DNA from: Alphaproteobacteria bacterium
Lineage (GTDB): Bacteria; Pseudomonadota; Alphaproteobacteria; Rs-D84
NCBI GenBank assembly: GCA_017475605.1
Contig: JAFVFD010000005.1
Coordinates: forward strand, 30,001 to 62,000
Direction: 5' to 3'
DNA: 32,000 nucleotides
Shown one piece after another: positions 1 to 9,044 of the stretch (its first letter is position 1; each line of letters opens with the position of its first letter). Position numbers and translations under genes: made by a program. The notes beneath the pieces are model-generated. The model was given only the letters and a program-made list of their open reading frames with translations, searched no databases and was not told the origin of the DNA.

Positions 1-2061
1 GCACTTGATGGATTAAATATCGCCCCACTGAACTTTAATCGTACGGCGGCAATGGACTTTGTGCGTGATGCGATTGAAAGTGCATCCCTTGCCGCGAAAA
101 TAGAAAAACTTTTCCCGACAAATACATATAACCCGACCGCGCCACAAACAGTCTTTCCGGGGTCCGCATGTCCAACCGATATCGATTCCGCGCACAACGC
201 ACCCCGCCCCACCCCGACAGTTGCCACACCGCAAAATAAAATCGCATCTGAATTTGTTGTGATTCGTACGACGGACGAACTGGACGCGTTTTTATCGGGT
301 GTAAAAAATGTAATCGCGTTTGATACAGAAACAACGGGCCTTAATCAGATATCCGATAAAATTGTCGGTATTTCGTTGGCAACCGATTCGTCGCGTGGCG
401 CATATATTCCAGTGCGGCATATAACCGCGGGTGGCGATTTATTCGCGACAAGTACGATTGCCCCAAATCAACTTGATTTGGACACTGTCCGCAAACATTT
501 GTGGCCCATCTTTACCAATACAAATATTGTAAAGGTTGGGCATAACCTTAAATACGATTTACACATTTTGGAAAATGAATCATGGGATACTACCGCGATT
601 CGTCCGATTGATGATACAATGCTGTTGTCGTATGCGTTACATGGTTCACTTCATGGGCATGGGCTGGACGAATTGGCGATAAAATATCTGGGACACACCG
701 ATATTGCTTTTTCATCACTTTTCCCCGCGGGCACACGCGATGCGGACAAACATTTTGATATGTTGCCGATTGACACCGCCGCGCCCTATGCCGCCGAAGA
801 TGCATCTGTATGCTTTGCGTTATACGAATTAATGCGGCCGGAAATTGACGCAAACGAAAAATTGCACGAATTATATGAAACATGTGATTTACCATTGATG
901 CCTATTTTGATGCGCATGGAACGCAACGGCGTGTTGGTAAATCGCGCGGGGCTGGCACAGCTGTCGGGGGCATTCCACGATCAACTGTCAAAATTGGAAA
1001 GTGAAATCTGGGAAATGGCCGGACATGAATTTAACATAGGCAGCCCTAAACAACTGGGCACTATTTTGTTTGATGAATTACACCTGCCGGAAAATCGGAA
1101 ACGTTCAACCGATGCAGAAACATTAAACGAAATGATTGATGCGCACCCAATAATTGAAAAGATTTTATCGTGGCGTTCAATCGCGAAGTTGGCTGGTACA
1201 TATGCCGATGCTTTGCCGAAACAGATTGCATCAGATGGTCGTATTCACACAACCTATTTACAGACCAGTACGAACACAGGCCGCCTTTCCAGTCGTGATC
1301 CAAACCTGCAAAACATTCCTATTAAAACCGAACTGGGCGAAGAAATTCGCAAATGCTTTGTTGCCCCCGCGGGACGCAAGTTGATTTCCGTTGACTATTC
1401 CCAGGTTCAATTAAGGTTGCTGGCGGATGTCGCAAATGTACACACGTTCCGCGACACATTTAACAACGGTGCCGATATTCACGAACAGACCGCACGCAAG
1501 ATTTTTAATATTCCAGCAAACACCCCCGTTCCAAAAGAGATGCGCCGCGCCGCAAAAACCGTTAACTTTTCCATCATATATGGCATATCGTCATTCGGAC
1601 TGGCGGGGCAATTGGGTGTATCGCGCGCCGCCGCCGCAGATATAATCAATTCATATATGGCCGGGATACCAGAAATCAAACAATACATTGATTATATACA
1701 TAAATTTGCGACCGAAAACGCGTGCGTTTACACCCCATGGGGCCGCCGCATAGAATTACCCGAAGTTAAAAACCCCCGCATGCGCGCATATGCCATGCGT
1801 GCCGCGGTTAACGCACCAATCCAGGGATTTGAAGCAGACATTGTTCGTCGTGCCATGGTGGAAATTGATAAAAACATCGTTCAACCAAATGCCAACATAA
1901 TCAAAATGATTATGCAGGTTCATGATGAAATAATATTTGAATGCGACGAAGACCGCGCCACCGAATTTGCGGAAAAAATTAAAACGGCGATGGAAACCGT
2001 AACCAAGATTTCTGTTCCCCTTGTTGCCGAATATATAATCGGTGAAAAGTGGGGAAAATAA
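1..2061 (+). CDS. polA: DNA polymerase I, 5'-partial (3'-5' exonuclease and polymerase domains lie in the window)
   Basis: The frame of the listed ORF (52..2061) stays open back to base 1, so the gene starts upstream of the window. The translation has the ExoI motif AFDTETTGL and family-A polymerase motifs A (VDYSQVQLRLLA), B (RRAAKTVNFSIIYG) and C (QVHDEIIFE). Confidence 0.95.
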   Translation, partial: ALDGLNIAPLNFNRTAAMDFVRDAIESASLAAKIEKLFPTNTYNPTAPQTVFPGSACPTDIDSAHNAPRPTPTVATPQNKIASEFVVIRTTDELDAFLSGVKNVIAFDTETTGLNQISDKIVGISLATDSSRGAYIPVRHITAGGDLFATSTIAPNQLDLDTVRKHLWPIFTNTNIVKVGHNLKYDLHILENESWDTTAIRPIDDTMLLSYALHGSLHGHGLDELAIKYLGHTDIAFSSLFPAGTRDADKHFDMLPIDTAAPYAAEDASVCFALYELMRPEIDANEKLHELYETCDLPLMPILMRMERNGVLVNRAGLAQLSGAFHDQLSKLESEIWEMAGHEFNIGSPKQLGTILFDELHLPENRKRSTDAETLNEMIDAHPIIEKILSWRSIAKLAGTYADALPKQIASDGRIHTTYLQTSTNTGRLSSRDPNLQNIPIKTELGEEIRKCFVAPAGRKLISVDYSQVQLRLLADVANVHTFRDTFNNGADIHEQTARKIFNIPANTPVPKEMRRAAKTVNFSIIYGISSFGLAGQLGVSRAAAADIINSYMAGIPEIKQYIDYIHKFATENACVYTPWGRRIELPEVKNPRMRAYAMRAAVNAPIQGFEADIVRRAMVEIDKNIVQPNANIIKMIMQVHDEIIFECDEDRATEFAEKIKTAMETVTKISVPLVAEYIIGEKWGK

Positions 2062-2063
2062 CT

Positions 2064-2096
2064 AAAAAACACCGCCCAAACGGGCGGTATTTTTTT
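2064..2096. terminator. Bidirectional rho-independent terminator between convergent polA and accDA
   Basis: Hairpin ACCGCCC-AAAC-GGGCGGT (2071-2088) is flanked by an A-run upstream and a T-run downstream. Confidence 0.8.
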
Positions 2097-3852
2097 AATG
2101 TTCATCGTGATCATGTAAATGTTCAGACGACGGGCCAAATATTTCCACATCACGCGTCATAGCCAGGAACTTTTCCGCACGACGCGCCGGCAGTTCGTCA
2201 ACAGGTATTGTTTCCAATTCACGAATTTGTTCCACGACCGCCGCCGCCAACATTTCCATTGTGGTTTGCCAATCATTATGCGCCCCACCGGATGGTTCAA
2301 CAATTATTTTATCAATAACATTCATATCCGCCATATCACGCGCAGTCAATTTCATCGCAGCGGACGCAACGGCGCGAAACTTGTTATCCTTCCACAAAAT
2401 AGATGCACATGATTCCGGCGCAATCACCGAATAAATCGCGTTTTCCAGCATCAACACCCGGTCGCCCGTTCCAATCGCGATTGCCCCACCGGAACCACCC
2501 TGGCCCACATTAACGGCGACATACGGTGTTTTTACACGTAACCCCGCCGATATAGTTGCGGCAATGGCCTGGGACTGACCGCGTTCTTCGCCTTCGCGAC
2601 CGGCAAAAGCCCCCGCCGTATCAAACAACGAAATAAGCGGCAAGTCAAACCGTTGGGCCAATTCCATCATACGCTGGGCCTTGCGATAACCATCTGGGTT
2701 TGGCATACCAAAACGATGTTTTTGTCGCGTTTCAATGGTGCGGCCTTGTTCCTGGCCGATTATCACCGCCGGTATCCCACGCCAATAACCAATGCCCGAA
2801 CCCATGGCGGCATCTTCGCCATATAAACGATCCCCCGCCAAATAGGTCCAATCGTCAACAATACCATTGATATAGTCCAAGAAATGCGGTCTGTTTTCAT
2901 GACGCGCCAATAATACCTTGTCATAGGCGGCATTTTCGCCCATACCACGAATCTTCTTAGAAGCATCGTATTTCGGTGTTGTAACCGAAATAGGCTTTGG
3001 TTCACGTGGTTGTTTGGTAAGTACCGCCAACACACGCGACAACGCATCGTGTAAATCGGCACGATTTACCACCATATCAACCATACCATGTTCATACAAA
3101 TATTCCGCCGTTTGGAATCCAGACGGTAATTTTTCACGAATATTTTGTTCAATAACACGACGGCCGGCAAAGCCGATACGCGCACCACTTTCCGCGATAT
3201 GAATATCGCCCAACATCGCAAAGGAAGCCGTTACCCCACCAAATGTTGGGTCGGTTAAAATCACAATATACGGAATCTTGTTCGCGTGTAATTTATTCAC
3301 CGCAACGGTTGTACGCGCCATCTGCATCAATGATAAGATATTTTCCTGCATACGTGCGCCACCACTTGATGTAACCATAACGAACGGTTGGTGTAATTCA
3401 AATGCGTGTTCCATACTGGCAATAATTCCGTCCCCGGCCGCGCGTCCCATAGACCCCATCATAAAGAATCCATTTAACACACAAACAGTTGTTGGCACCC
3501 CACCAACAACACCGTCCGCAGACACAACCGCATCATTTGCACCGGTGTCTTCGCGGGCTTCGGCCAGCCTTTCGGCATATGGCATACGGTCAACGAATTG
3601 TAACGGGTCATCAGACACCGTTGGCAATTCCAATTTTGTCCAGTTATTATTGTCAAACAATAAATCAAACCGCTGTTTTGGGTTCATCATGAACGCATGA
3701 TTACAGCGCGGACAGATATACAAATTATCCTTGTAATCTTTATAAAACACCAACCGCCCACACGATTCGCATTTAATCCACATTAATCTGCGGACGCGTT
3801 CATATCGGTCGCGGTTATCGTTTTTGATTCCTGTTTTTTTTCCAAAAAGCAT
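2095..3852 (-). CDS. accDA: Acetyl-CoA carboxylase carboxyltransferase, fused beta (AccD) and alpha (AccA) subunits
   Basis: One uninterrupted 585-codon frame. The N-terminal half has the AccD zinc ribbon (CESC-x15-CPRC) and beta core (SSGGARMQE, TDPTFGGVTASFA). From about residue 300 the sequence is AccA-like (RPHFLDYI, GMPNPDGYRKAQR, GQGGSGGAIAIG, SVIAPESCASILW). Confidence 0.9.
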   Translation of the reverse strand: MLFGKKTGIKNDNRDRYERVRRLMWIKCESCGRLVFYKDYKDNLYICPRCNHAFMMNPKQRFDLLFDNNNWTKLELPTVSDDPLQFVDRMPYAERLAEAREDTGANDAVVSADGVVGGVPTTVCVLNGFFMMGSMGRAAGDGIIASMEHAFELHQPFVMVTSSGGARMQENILSLMQMARTTVAVNKLHANKIPYIVILTDPTFGGVTASFAMLGDIHIAESGARIGFAGRRVIEQNIREKLPSGFQTAEYLYEHGMVDMVVNRADLHDALSRVLAVLTKQPREPKPISVTTPKYDASKKIRGMGENAAYDKVLLARHENRPHFLDYINGIVDDWTYLAGDRLYGEDAAMGSGIGYWRGIPAVIIGQEQGRTIETRQKHRFGMPNPDGYRKAQRMMELAQRFDLPLISLFDTAGAFAGREGEERGQSQAIAATISAGLRVKTPYVAVNVGQGGSGGAIAIGTGDRVLMLENAIYSVIAPESCASILWKDNKFRAVASAAMKLTARDMADMNVIDKIIVEPSGGAHNDWQTTMEMLAAAVVEQIRELETIPVDELPARRAEKFLAMTRDVEIFGPSSEHLHDHDEH

Positions 3853-3872
3853 AATAAAATCTCGTTTTTAAA

Positions 3873-4151
3873 TTACCAATTCATTTTCTTGGTTAATTCA
3901 CGACTTGGTTTAAATAAAATAGTCGTGCTGGCCGGCAACGGCATTGGCTGACCGGTACTGGGGTTATATCCGATTTTAGTTGCGCGTGCGCGTGGCTGAA
4001 ATGTGCCAAAACCGCGTACTTCAATTCTGTCGCCGGATGCGACCGATTCCACCATGTGTTCCGACACAGTATCAACAATTGCCGCCGCATCGGTACTGCG
4101 CATATTTTTAAATTTAACCTGGATAGATCTTACAATATCTGAACGTTTCAT
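3873..4151 (-). CDS. ihfB: Integration host factor beta subunit (HU/IHF family)
   Basis: 92 aa. RIEVRGFGTF...NPSTG...FKPSRELTKK fits the IHF-beta pattern (RGFG arm) rather than IHF-alpha (SGFG). Only 20 nt separate it from the accDA start downstream. Confidence 0.75.
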   Translation of the reverse strand: MKRSDIVRSIQVKFKNMRSTDAAAIVDTVSEHMVESVASGDRIEVRGFGTFQPRARATKIGYNPSTGQPMPLPASTTILFKPSRELTKKMNW

Positions 4152-4229
4152 AATTCTTTATCTCCTGTTCTATTGATAGGTATATTATTGCCCGAAAGCC
4201 CCCAGTTATCAAGGAAAATATATTTCTAT

Positions 4230-4571
4230 TTAAAACACCAACGGCAAATCACGCACATCCATTGGTACACCATCGCGGTCCGGGTCCCATTGTGATTTTT
4301 CCATATTAACAGTTTTGTCGCGATTGAACACGACCCCTTCGGCACGCAAATCACGATATTGTTGTTCTTCATAACCTGGGATTAAACGGCCATCTTTGAA
4401 CACAACCCGATGCCAAGGCAGATGCCAACTTTTTTTATTATTAGATGCAAACCCGACAAAACGCGCCATGCGTGGCCGCCCAATCATACGCGCAATTTGT
4501 CCAAATGTAACCACGCGCCCAGCGGGTATCTTTGCGACAATATCATAAACTTGTTCATTGAAAGTTTTCAT
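4230..4571 (-). CDS. atl: Alkyltransferase-like (ATL) DNA-damage-binding protein, MGMT/Ogt fold without the active-site Cys
   Basis: I moved the start to the ATG at 4571 (MKTFNEQ...) because the longer ORF overlaps tRNA-Ser. It has an Ogt-type helix-turn-helix domain, but the PCHRV active site reads PWHRV (HLPWHRVVFKDG). That change is the ATL hallmark. Confidence 0.75.
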   Translation of the reverse strand: MKTFNEQVYDIVAKIPAGRVVTFGQIARMIGRPRMARFVGFASNNKKSWHLPWHRVVFKDGRLIPGYEEQQYRDLRAEGVVFNRDKTVNMEKSQWDPDRDGVPMDVRDLPLVF

Positions 4572-4582
4572 AACACAATAAC

Positions 4583-4673
4583 TGGCGGAGATGGAGGGGT
4601 TCGAACCCCCGATACAGTTTCCTGTATACGCGATTTCGAGTCGCGCGCATTCAACCAGCTCTGCCACATCTCC
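4583..4673 (-). tRNA. tRNA-Ser (anticodon CGA), class II with long variable arm
   Basis: The reverse complement folds as follows: acceptor GGAGATG/CATCTCC, anticodon stem CGCGA/TCGCG with loop CTCGAAA, variable arm ATACAG-GAAA-CTGTAT, T arm GGGGG-TTCGAAC-CCCTC, discriminator G and an encoded CCA. Confidence 0.9.
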
Positions 4674-4723
4674 GAACGCGTTGGGTATTATACACGAACC
4701 GATTTTCTTTTCAAGGGATTTTA

Positions 4724-5887
4724 CTATACATCAAAATTGTAATTTTTTACAGAACGCACGATTGCGGCGACCAATTTATCTTGGTGCGCGCCGGACTTTA
4801 ATAGTTTTTCTTCCGATGCGTTGGACAAATGTCCCAATTCAATCAATGCCCCCGGCACAGTTGAACGCAAAACTGCGAACGGCGCATGGCGAACACTGGG
4901 GCCCGCCTGGGCTTCTATCTTGTTCGAACGAAATGCACGCGCACAACCGTTGGCATATTCTTCACTCATTTCCGCAACGGCATGCTGTTGTAACGAAGAC
5001 AGTGCCGCACGAATATCGCGTTCGAATTCGGTAAAGCCATCAACCCCGATTTTATCAGCCGCGTTTTCTGATTCCGCCAATTTTTTCGCCTCTTCGTCAG
5101 ACGCTTTTTCGGACAATGTATAAATCGAAAAGCCCTTTACCGCGCGACTGGGGTTTGCATTCGCGTGCAGTGATATAAACAAATCGCCCTTTTTCTGTTC
5201 GGCAATTTCCGCACGACGCGCCAATTTCAAATAGGTATCATCACTGCGTGTCATAAATGTTTTAAACCCGGCGGCATCCAATTTAGAACGCAATTTTTTC
5301 GCAACCGATAAAACAATATCTTTTTCACGCGTCCCGTTTTTACCGATACACCCTGGATCCTTGCCCCCATGACCCGCATCGATAACTATTACGTGTTTTG
5401 TTGCGGCCGCCTTTGGCATATTCGCCCCCGCCGCCACAGAATCCGCTATTTTTTGCGCCGCGCCCGCCGAAAAATCAAGGACCAGCCGATAATCGTTATC
5501 GCCATTTGGTTCCAACAACATTATTTGCGATTTTTGTAATTGCGAAATCGGCTTGCGTAATGTTGCAATAATTTTTAAATGGTCGCCCGACTGCGTTTGC
5601 GTAATTGCGGAAACCAATGTACCCGATGCCAATGTTGGTTTTACCGATGCATCCGCAGACATATTTGCGATATCAACAACTAACTGATTTTCCGGGTATG
5701 ATAACGAATATGATGGTCGTGCCGATGTTTCAATCACCAGGCGGGTTTTATTTCCTGGCTGAACCCCCGTCCGCATTGACCGCAGGGCATTTCGGGCCGC
5801 AAACGCAACATGCGGCAAAATCATTGCCACAGAAAAGGTTAGTCCCCCCACCCCTAAAAATCTGCGTCGTGATATCTTCATTTTCAT
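4724..5887 (-). CDS. amiC: N-acetylmuramoyl-L-alanine amidase with Tat signal and AMIN domain
   Basis: Twin-arginine signal MKISRRRFLGVGG...VAFA, followed by an AMIN-like N-domain. The Amidase_3 core is present (VIVIDAGHGGKDPG ... FISLHANA). Confidence 0.85.
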   Translation of the reverse strand: MKMKISRRRFLGVGGLTFSVAMILPHVAFAARNALRSMRTGVQPGNKTRLVIETSARPSYSLSYPENQLVVDIANMSADASVKPTLASGTLVSAITQTQSGDHLKIIATLRKPISQLQKSQIMLLEPNGDNDYRLVLDFSAGAAQKIADSVAAGANMPKAAATKHVIVIDAGHGGKDPGCIGKNGTREKDIVLSVAKKLRSKLDAAGFKTFMTRSDDTYLKLARRAEIAEQKKGDLFISLHANANPSRAVKGFSIYTLSEKASDEEAKKLAESENAADKIGVDGFTEFERDIRAALSSLQQHAVAEMSEEYANGCARAFRSNKIEAQAGPSVRHAPFAVLRSTVPGALIELGHLSNASEEKLLKSGAHQDKLVAAIVRSVKNYNFDV

Positions 5888-5929
5888 AAAATTATATCAG
5901 ATTTTTAACACATATTCAAGAAAGGCACA

Positions 5930-5962
5930 CAAAAATAAAAACCGTCATTTGACGGTTTTTAC
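5930..5962 (-). terminator. Rho-independent terminator after the 404-aa Cys-rich gene
   Basis: Hairpin ACCGTC-ATTT-GACGGT (5941-5956). On the minus strand it is followed by TTTTATTTTT. Confidence 0.7.
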
Positions 5963-5967
5963 TTTTT

Positions 5968-7182
5968 TTATTTACTTACACAATTGGCAAAACTTTGCGC
6001 AACCAAAGATTTTTCTTCACTGCTCATTTGGCGCACCGGAATTATATAACACCGCGCACTGTCCCGCATAATAAACACCTTGGTTCCGCGAATATACGCG
6101 CGTTGCATATCGTCAATTTGCGCCGATGTCAAAAATGCATTTTGTGTCATTGACGAATTAGACATAGCCGCATTTACCACCTGATACGCGGTATTGTAAT
6201 CCCACATTTCCGAAAGTGTCGTTACATCCATCCATACCGACCATGTTTCATAAGGGTTTTCCTGAATTGCTTCTTTCCCAGGGAAAACGACACCCGTTAC
6301 CAATGCCGCCGCCGTTTGTAATGCGGTCGGTTCAGACGACGAAGACGAACCATGCGCAACCGTATTCAATTGCATATTGTCCCCGCAGGCCAGGTTCATA
6401 CGATTTGTATATCCAGCCAAAACCGCATCAACCGCATTTTGCCAATCAGCCGCCTTTTTATTAAGGTCCAGACTTACAATCTTTTCAGCCCAGCCCCAAA
6501 TGTTCGCACCAACATTCCCGGCATTTGCGAATCGGGTTACCATTTCCGCACTGCCCCCCGGGACACCCGCACCACAATAGTCGGTTAATTGCGTGGTCAA
6601 CATACTAGATGTTTCATTACCATATGCCAACGCAACCGAATGGCACGACATCGCGGCTTCTAATTCCTGACGACGTTGCAAACACAAATCAGAATGTGAT
6701 TTAGACAACTGTTCCGCCATATTCGCCATGGACAGATACGACATAACTTCCTGTTGTACATAGGATGGGCACAGACGCGCCGCCGTATTCATACCATTGA
6801 TACTGTTTTTCATATTCACATTATATTGTGGCAACAACACAGAAGTATCTTTCTGTAAACACAGCAACGCATAATTATACAATTCACTTTCCGTCGCATA
6901 TTGGCACCGACCACTGCGTTGTCCCGGCACAACCGCAACATCGCCACAATAGTCCGCCAGGCAACTATAAATCTTGGCCCGGCAAGCCGAATCCACGTCC
7001 GGTTGTGTTACCATATAATAGGTATTGCGTTGATTGGTTTTATATGCGTTGGCCAATGCCTGATTACCGCGCAGGCCAGTTGTAACCGATGTTGTACCAT
7101 AAATACCACGTGCCGAATCCGCCGCCCAAGAACTTGATGCGACCAAACCCAACACCGCAAATATTGCCAGCATATTTTTCAT
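5968..7182 (-). CDS. Secreted cysteine-rich protein of unknown function (12 Cys in the mature part)
   Basis: Sec signal MKNMLAIFAVLGLVASSSWA|A. I recognise no family. Carries a C-x6-C-x4-CG module (CRAKIYSCLADYCGD) that also occurs in the 824-aa and partial Cys-rich proteins at 28499-32000. It has its own terminator. Confidence 0.75.
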   Translation of the reverse strand: MKNMLAIFAVLGLVASSSWAADSARGIYGTTSVTTGLRGNQALANAYKTNQRNTYYMVTQPDVDSACRAKIYSCLADYCGDVAVVPGQRSGRCQYATESELYNYALLCLQKDTSVLLPQYNVNMKNSINGMNTAARLCPSYVQQEVMSYLSMANMAEQLSKSHSDLCLQRRQELEAAMSCHSVALAYGNETSSMLTTQLTDYCGAGVPGGSAEMVTRFANAGNVGANIWGWAEKIVSLDLNKKAADWQNAVDAVLAGYTNRMNLACGDNMQLNTVAHGSSSSSEPTALQTAAALVTGVVFPGKEAIQENPYETWSVWMDVTTLSEMWDYNTAYQVVNAAMSNSSMTQNAFLTSAQIDDMQRAYIRGTKVFIMRDSARCYIIPVRQMSSEEKSLVAQSFANCVSK

Positions 7183-7301
7183 GAAAAATCCCTCTCGTTA
7201 TGTTTAATTTTATCATACAAAAGCCCAAAACGCAAACACAGAATTGATGACTTTTTTACAAAAAGGTTGATTTGAACAAATAAATTGGTACCCTTTTTAA
7301 T

Positions 7302-8376
7302 ATGATTGTTATGCCAAATGAAATCTTATCTGAAATTGAAAACGACATTGTTGCGTTAAGGGGGTTTCTTTGACCCGGCGAAATTAACATCTGAAATTGA
7401 AAAATTAAGTGAAACGGCAAACGATGCTAATTTGTGGGACAACCCGGACAATGCCCGCGCCGTATTACAGAAAAAATCTGCACTTGAAAAACAATTATCT
7501 GAATTGCGCGAATTGGAATCAGAATATGAAAACCTGCGTGATTTATATGCGATGGCACCAAACGATGCCGATGTTATTTCTGCGATTGAAAAATTGGCCG
7601 ATACCGCACACCACGCAAAACTTATAACTTTGTTCAGTGGTCCGGCGGATAACGATGGCGCGTTTTTGTTTATCCAGGCTGGTGCCGGCGGGACCGAGGC
7701 GCAAGATTGGGCGCAAATGTTATCCCGCATGTACACGCGTTGGGCGGAACGTCATGGGTTCACGATTGAAACCATCGAAGAACACATTGGTGATACGGCG
7801 GGAATAAAAAATATAACATATCGTATAACAGGCCTGCGCGCATACGGTTGGTTAAAGAACGAGGTTGGTGTTCATCGCCTGGTCCGCATTTCACCATTCA
7901 ATGCCAACGGCAAACGCCAAACCAGTTTTGCATCGGTTGATGTTTGGCCGGACATTGACGACACAATTGAAATTGAAATCAACGAAAAAGATTTACGCAT
8001 TGATACATACCGTTCATCCGGTGCCGGTGGGCAGCATGTTAACAAAACCGACAGCGCGGTTCGCATCACACACATTCCAACTGGTGTTGTTGTAACCTGT
8101 CAAAACGAACGCAGCCAATTCCAAAACAAAGATATGGCGATGAAAATGTTACGGTCGCGCCTTTATGAACTGGAATTAAAGAAACGTCAGGCCGCCGAAG
8201 ATGCCGCCAAGGCAAATCAAAAGAAAATTGAATGGGGCAGCCAAATTCGCAACTATGTCCTGTACCCGTATCAATTGGTCAAAGATGTCCGCACCGGTGT
8301 TGAAAAAACAGATTCCGCGGCGGTGCTGGACGGAGACCTGGACGACTTTATGTTGGCGATGCTTCAGATTTCATAA
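7302..8376 (+). CDS. prfB: Peptide chain release factor 2, expressed through a programmed +1 frameshift (7302..7370 joined to 7372..8376)
   Basis: Frame 0 reads MIVMPNEILSEIENDIVALRGFL then TGA at 7371. The +1 frame continues DPAKLTSEIEKLSETANDANLWDNPD... and contains SPF (RISPFNANG) and GGQ (SGAGGQHVN). The ORF track shows only the downstream frame, starting at 7432. Confidence 0.93.
7359..7374 (+). promoter_or_regulatory. prfB +1 frameshift site
   Basis: AGGGGG TTT CTT TGA C: an internal Shine-Dalgarno-like AGGGGG, a 3 nt spacer, the slippery CTT, and an in-frame TGA followed by C. The layout matches the E. coli site AGGGGG TAT CTT TGA C. Confidence 0.9.
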
Positions 8377-8419
8377 CCCACTTGCATTTTTGGCATTAAA
8401 TCATATAATATCAGGGTTC

Positions 8420-8496
8420 GCACCCATAGCTTAATTGGATAGAGCGTTGCCCTCCGAAGGCAAAGGTTGCGCGTTCGACTCGCGCTGGGTGCGCCA
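8420..8496 (+). tRNA. tRNA-Arg (anticodon CCG)
   Basis: Acceptor GCACCCA/TGGGTGC, anticodon stem TTGCC/GGCAA with loop CTCCGAA, T arm GCGCG-TTCGACT-CGCGC and an encoded CCA. Length 77 nt. Confidence 0.9.
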
Positions 8497-8515
8497 TCTA
8501 AAAAGGTGCGCGAAT

Positions 8516-8968
8516 ATGAAGCGATTTCTGGTTTTGCCAATTTTATTTCTTGCCGCATGTAACAGCGTCTATATCAAACCACACACAATGGATTCCGGTG
8601 AAATGTTTTATTCCCAACGCGGTGGCTATGCCATGAAACGCAGTATCAAAGAAGCACTAGAAAATCGCGGTTATAAACTAGTTGTTGGAAAACTTAAAAA
8701 TGATTCATATTTCGGGGGCGAAGACTTTGACGGCGATATTGAACGAAACGAGATTCCACGCAACGCACGTTATATCGTCAAGGTTATGGAACGTCGTGAA
8801 AAATTCAATCCGTTCTGGTGTCCGTTTAATGGATTTTGGTGGTGGAACTTTAATGTTTCCATCGCCGACCAGAAAACCGGGGACGAGATTTTGTCCTGGC
8901 GCGGTCGCGGTTGCGCAAACAGTTCTGTCCGCAAATTAAATGCTATTCTGGACGAATTGGAAAAATAA
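8516..8968 (+). CDS. Lipoprotein of unknown function
   Basis: I moved the start to the ATG at 8516 because the longer ORF overlaps tRNA-Arg. Signal with lipobox MKRFLVLPILFLAAC. I recognise no family. Confidence 0.65.
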   Translation: MKRFLVLPILFLAACNSVYIKPHTMDSGEMFYSQRGGYAMKRSIKEALENRGYKLVVGKLKNDSYFGGEDFDGDIERNEIPRNARYIVKVMERREKFNPFWCPFNGFWWWNFNVSIADQKTGDEILSWRGRGCANSSVRKLNAILDELEK

Positions 8969-9044
8969 CAATTCAATGAATTCATTCCGATTTTAATTCA
9001 CCCCCACTTAATATATCGTGATATGTGTACCAAGGGGGGAAATT

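Noticed and set aside
2119-3700. Several 60-140 aa plus-strand ORFs inside accDA.
   Set aside because: All are antisense shadow ORFs within a strongly supported gene.
4572-4667. N-terminal 32 codons of the 145-aa ORF upstream of MKTFNEQ.
   Set aside because: This stretch is the complement of tRNA-Ser(CGA). The internal ATG at 4571 gives a normal ATL N-terminus.
4583-8496. Genomic island bounded by tRNA-Ser and tRNA-Arg (amiC, the Cys-rich gene, prfB).
   Set aside because: I saw no integrase, no transposase and no direct repeat of a tRNA 3' end. amiC and prfB are core genes.
8435-8515. N-terminal extension of the lipoprotein ORF.
   Set aside because: It overlaps tRNA-Arg(CCG). The ATG at 8516 yields a canonical lipoprotein signal peptide.
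8954-8990. Palindromes GAATTG...CAATTC and AATGAATTCATT after the lipoprotein gene, considered as a terminator.
   Set aside because: They are AT-rich with weak stems. The 12-mer has no loop, and only a short T-run follows. This is not convincing.
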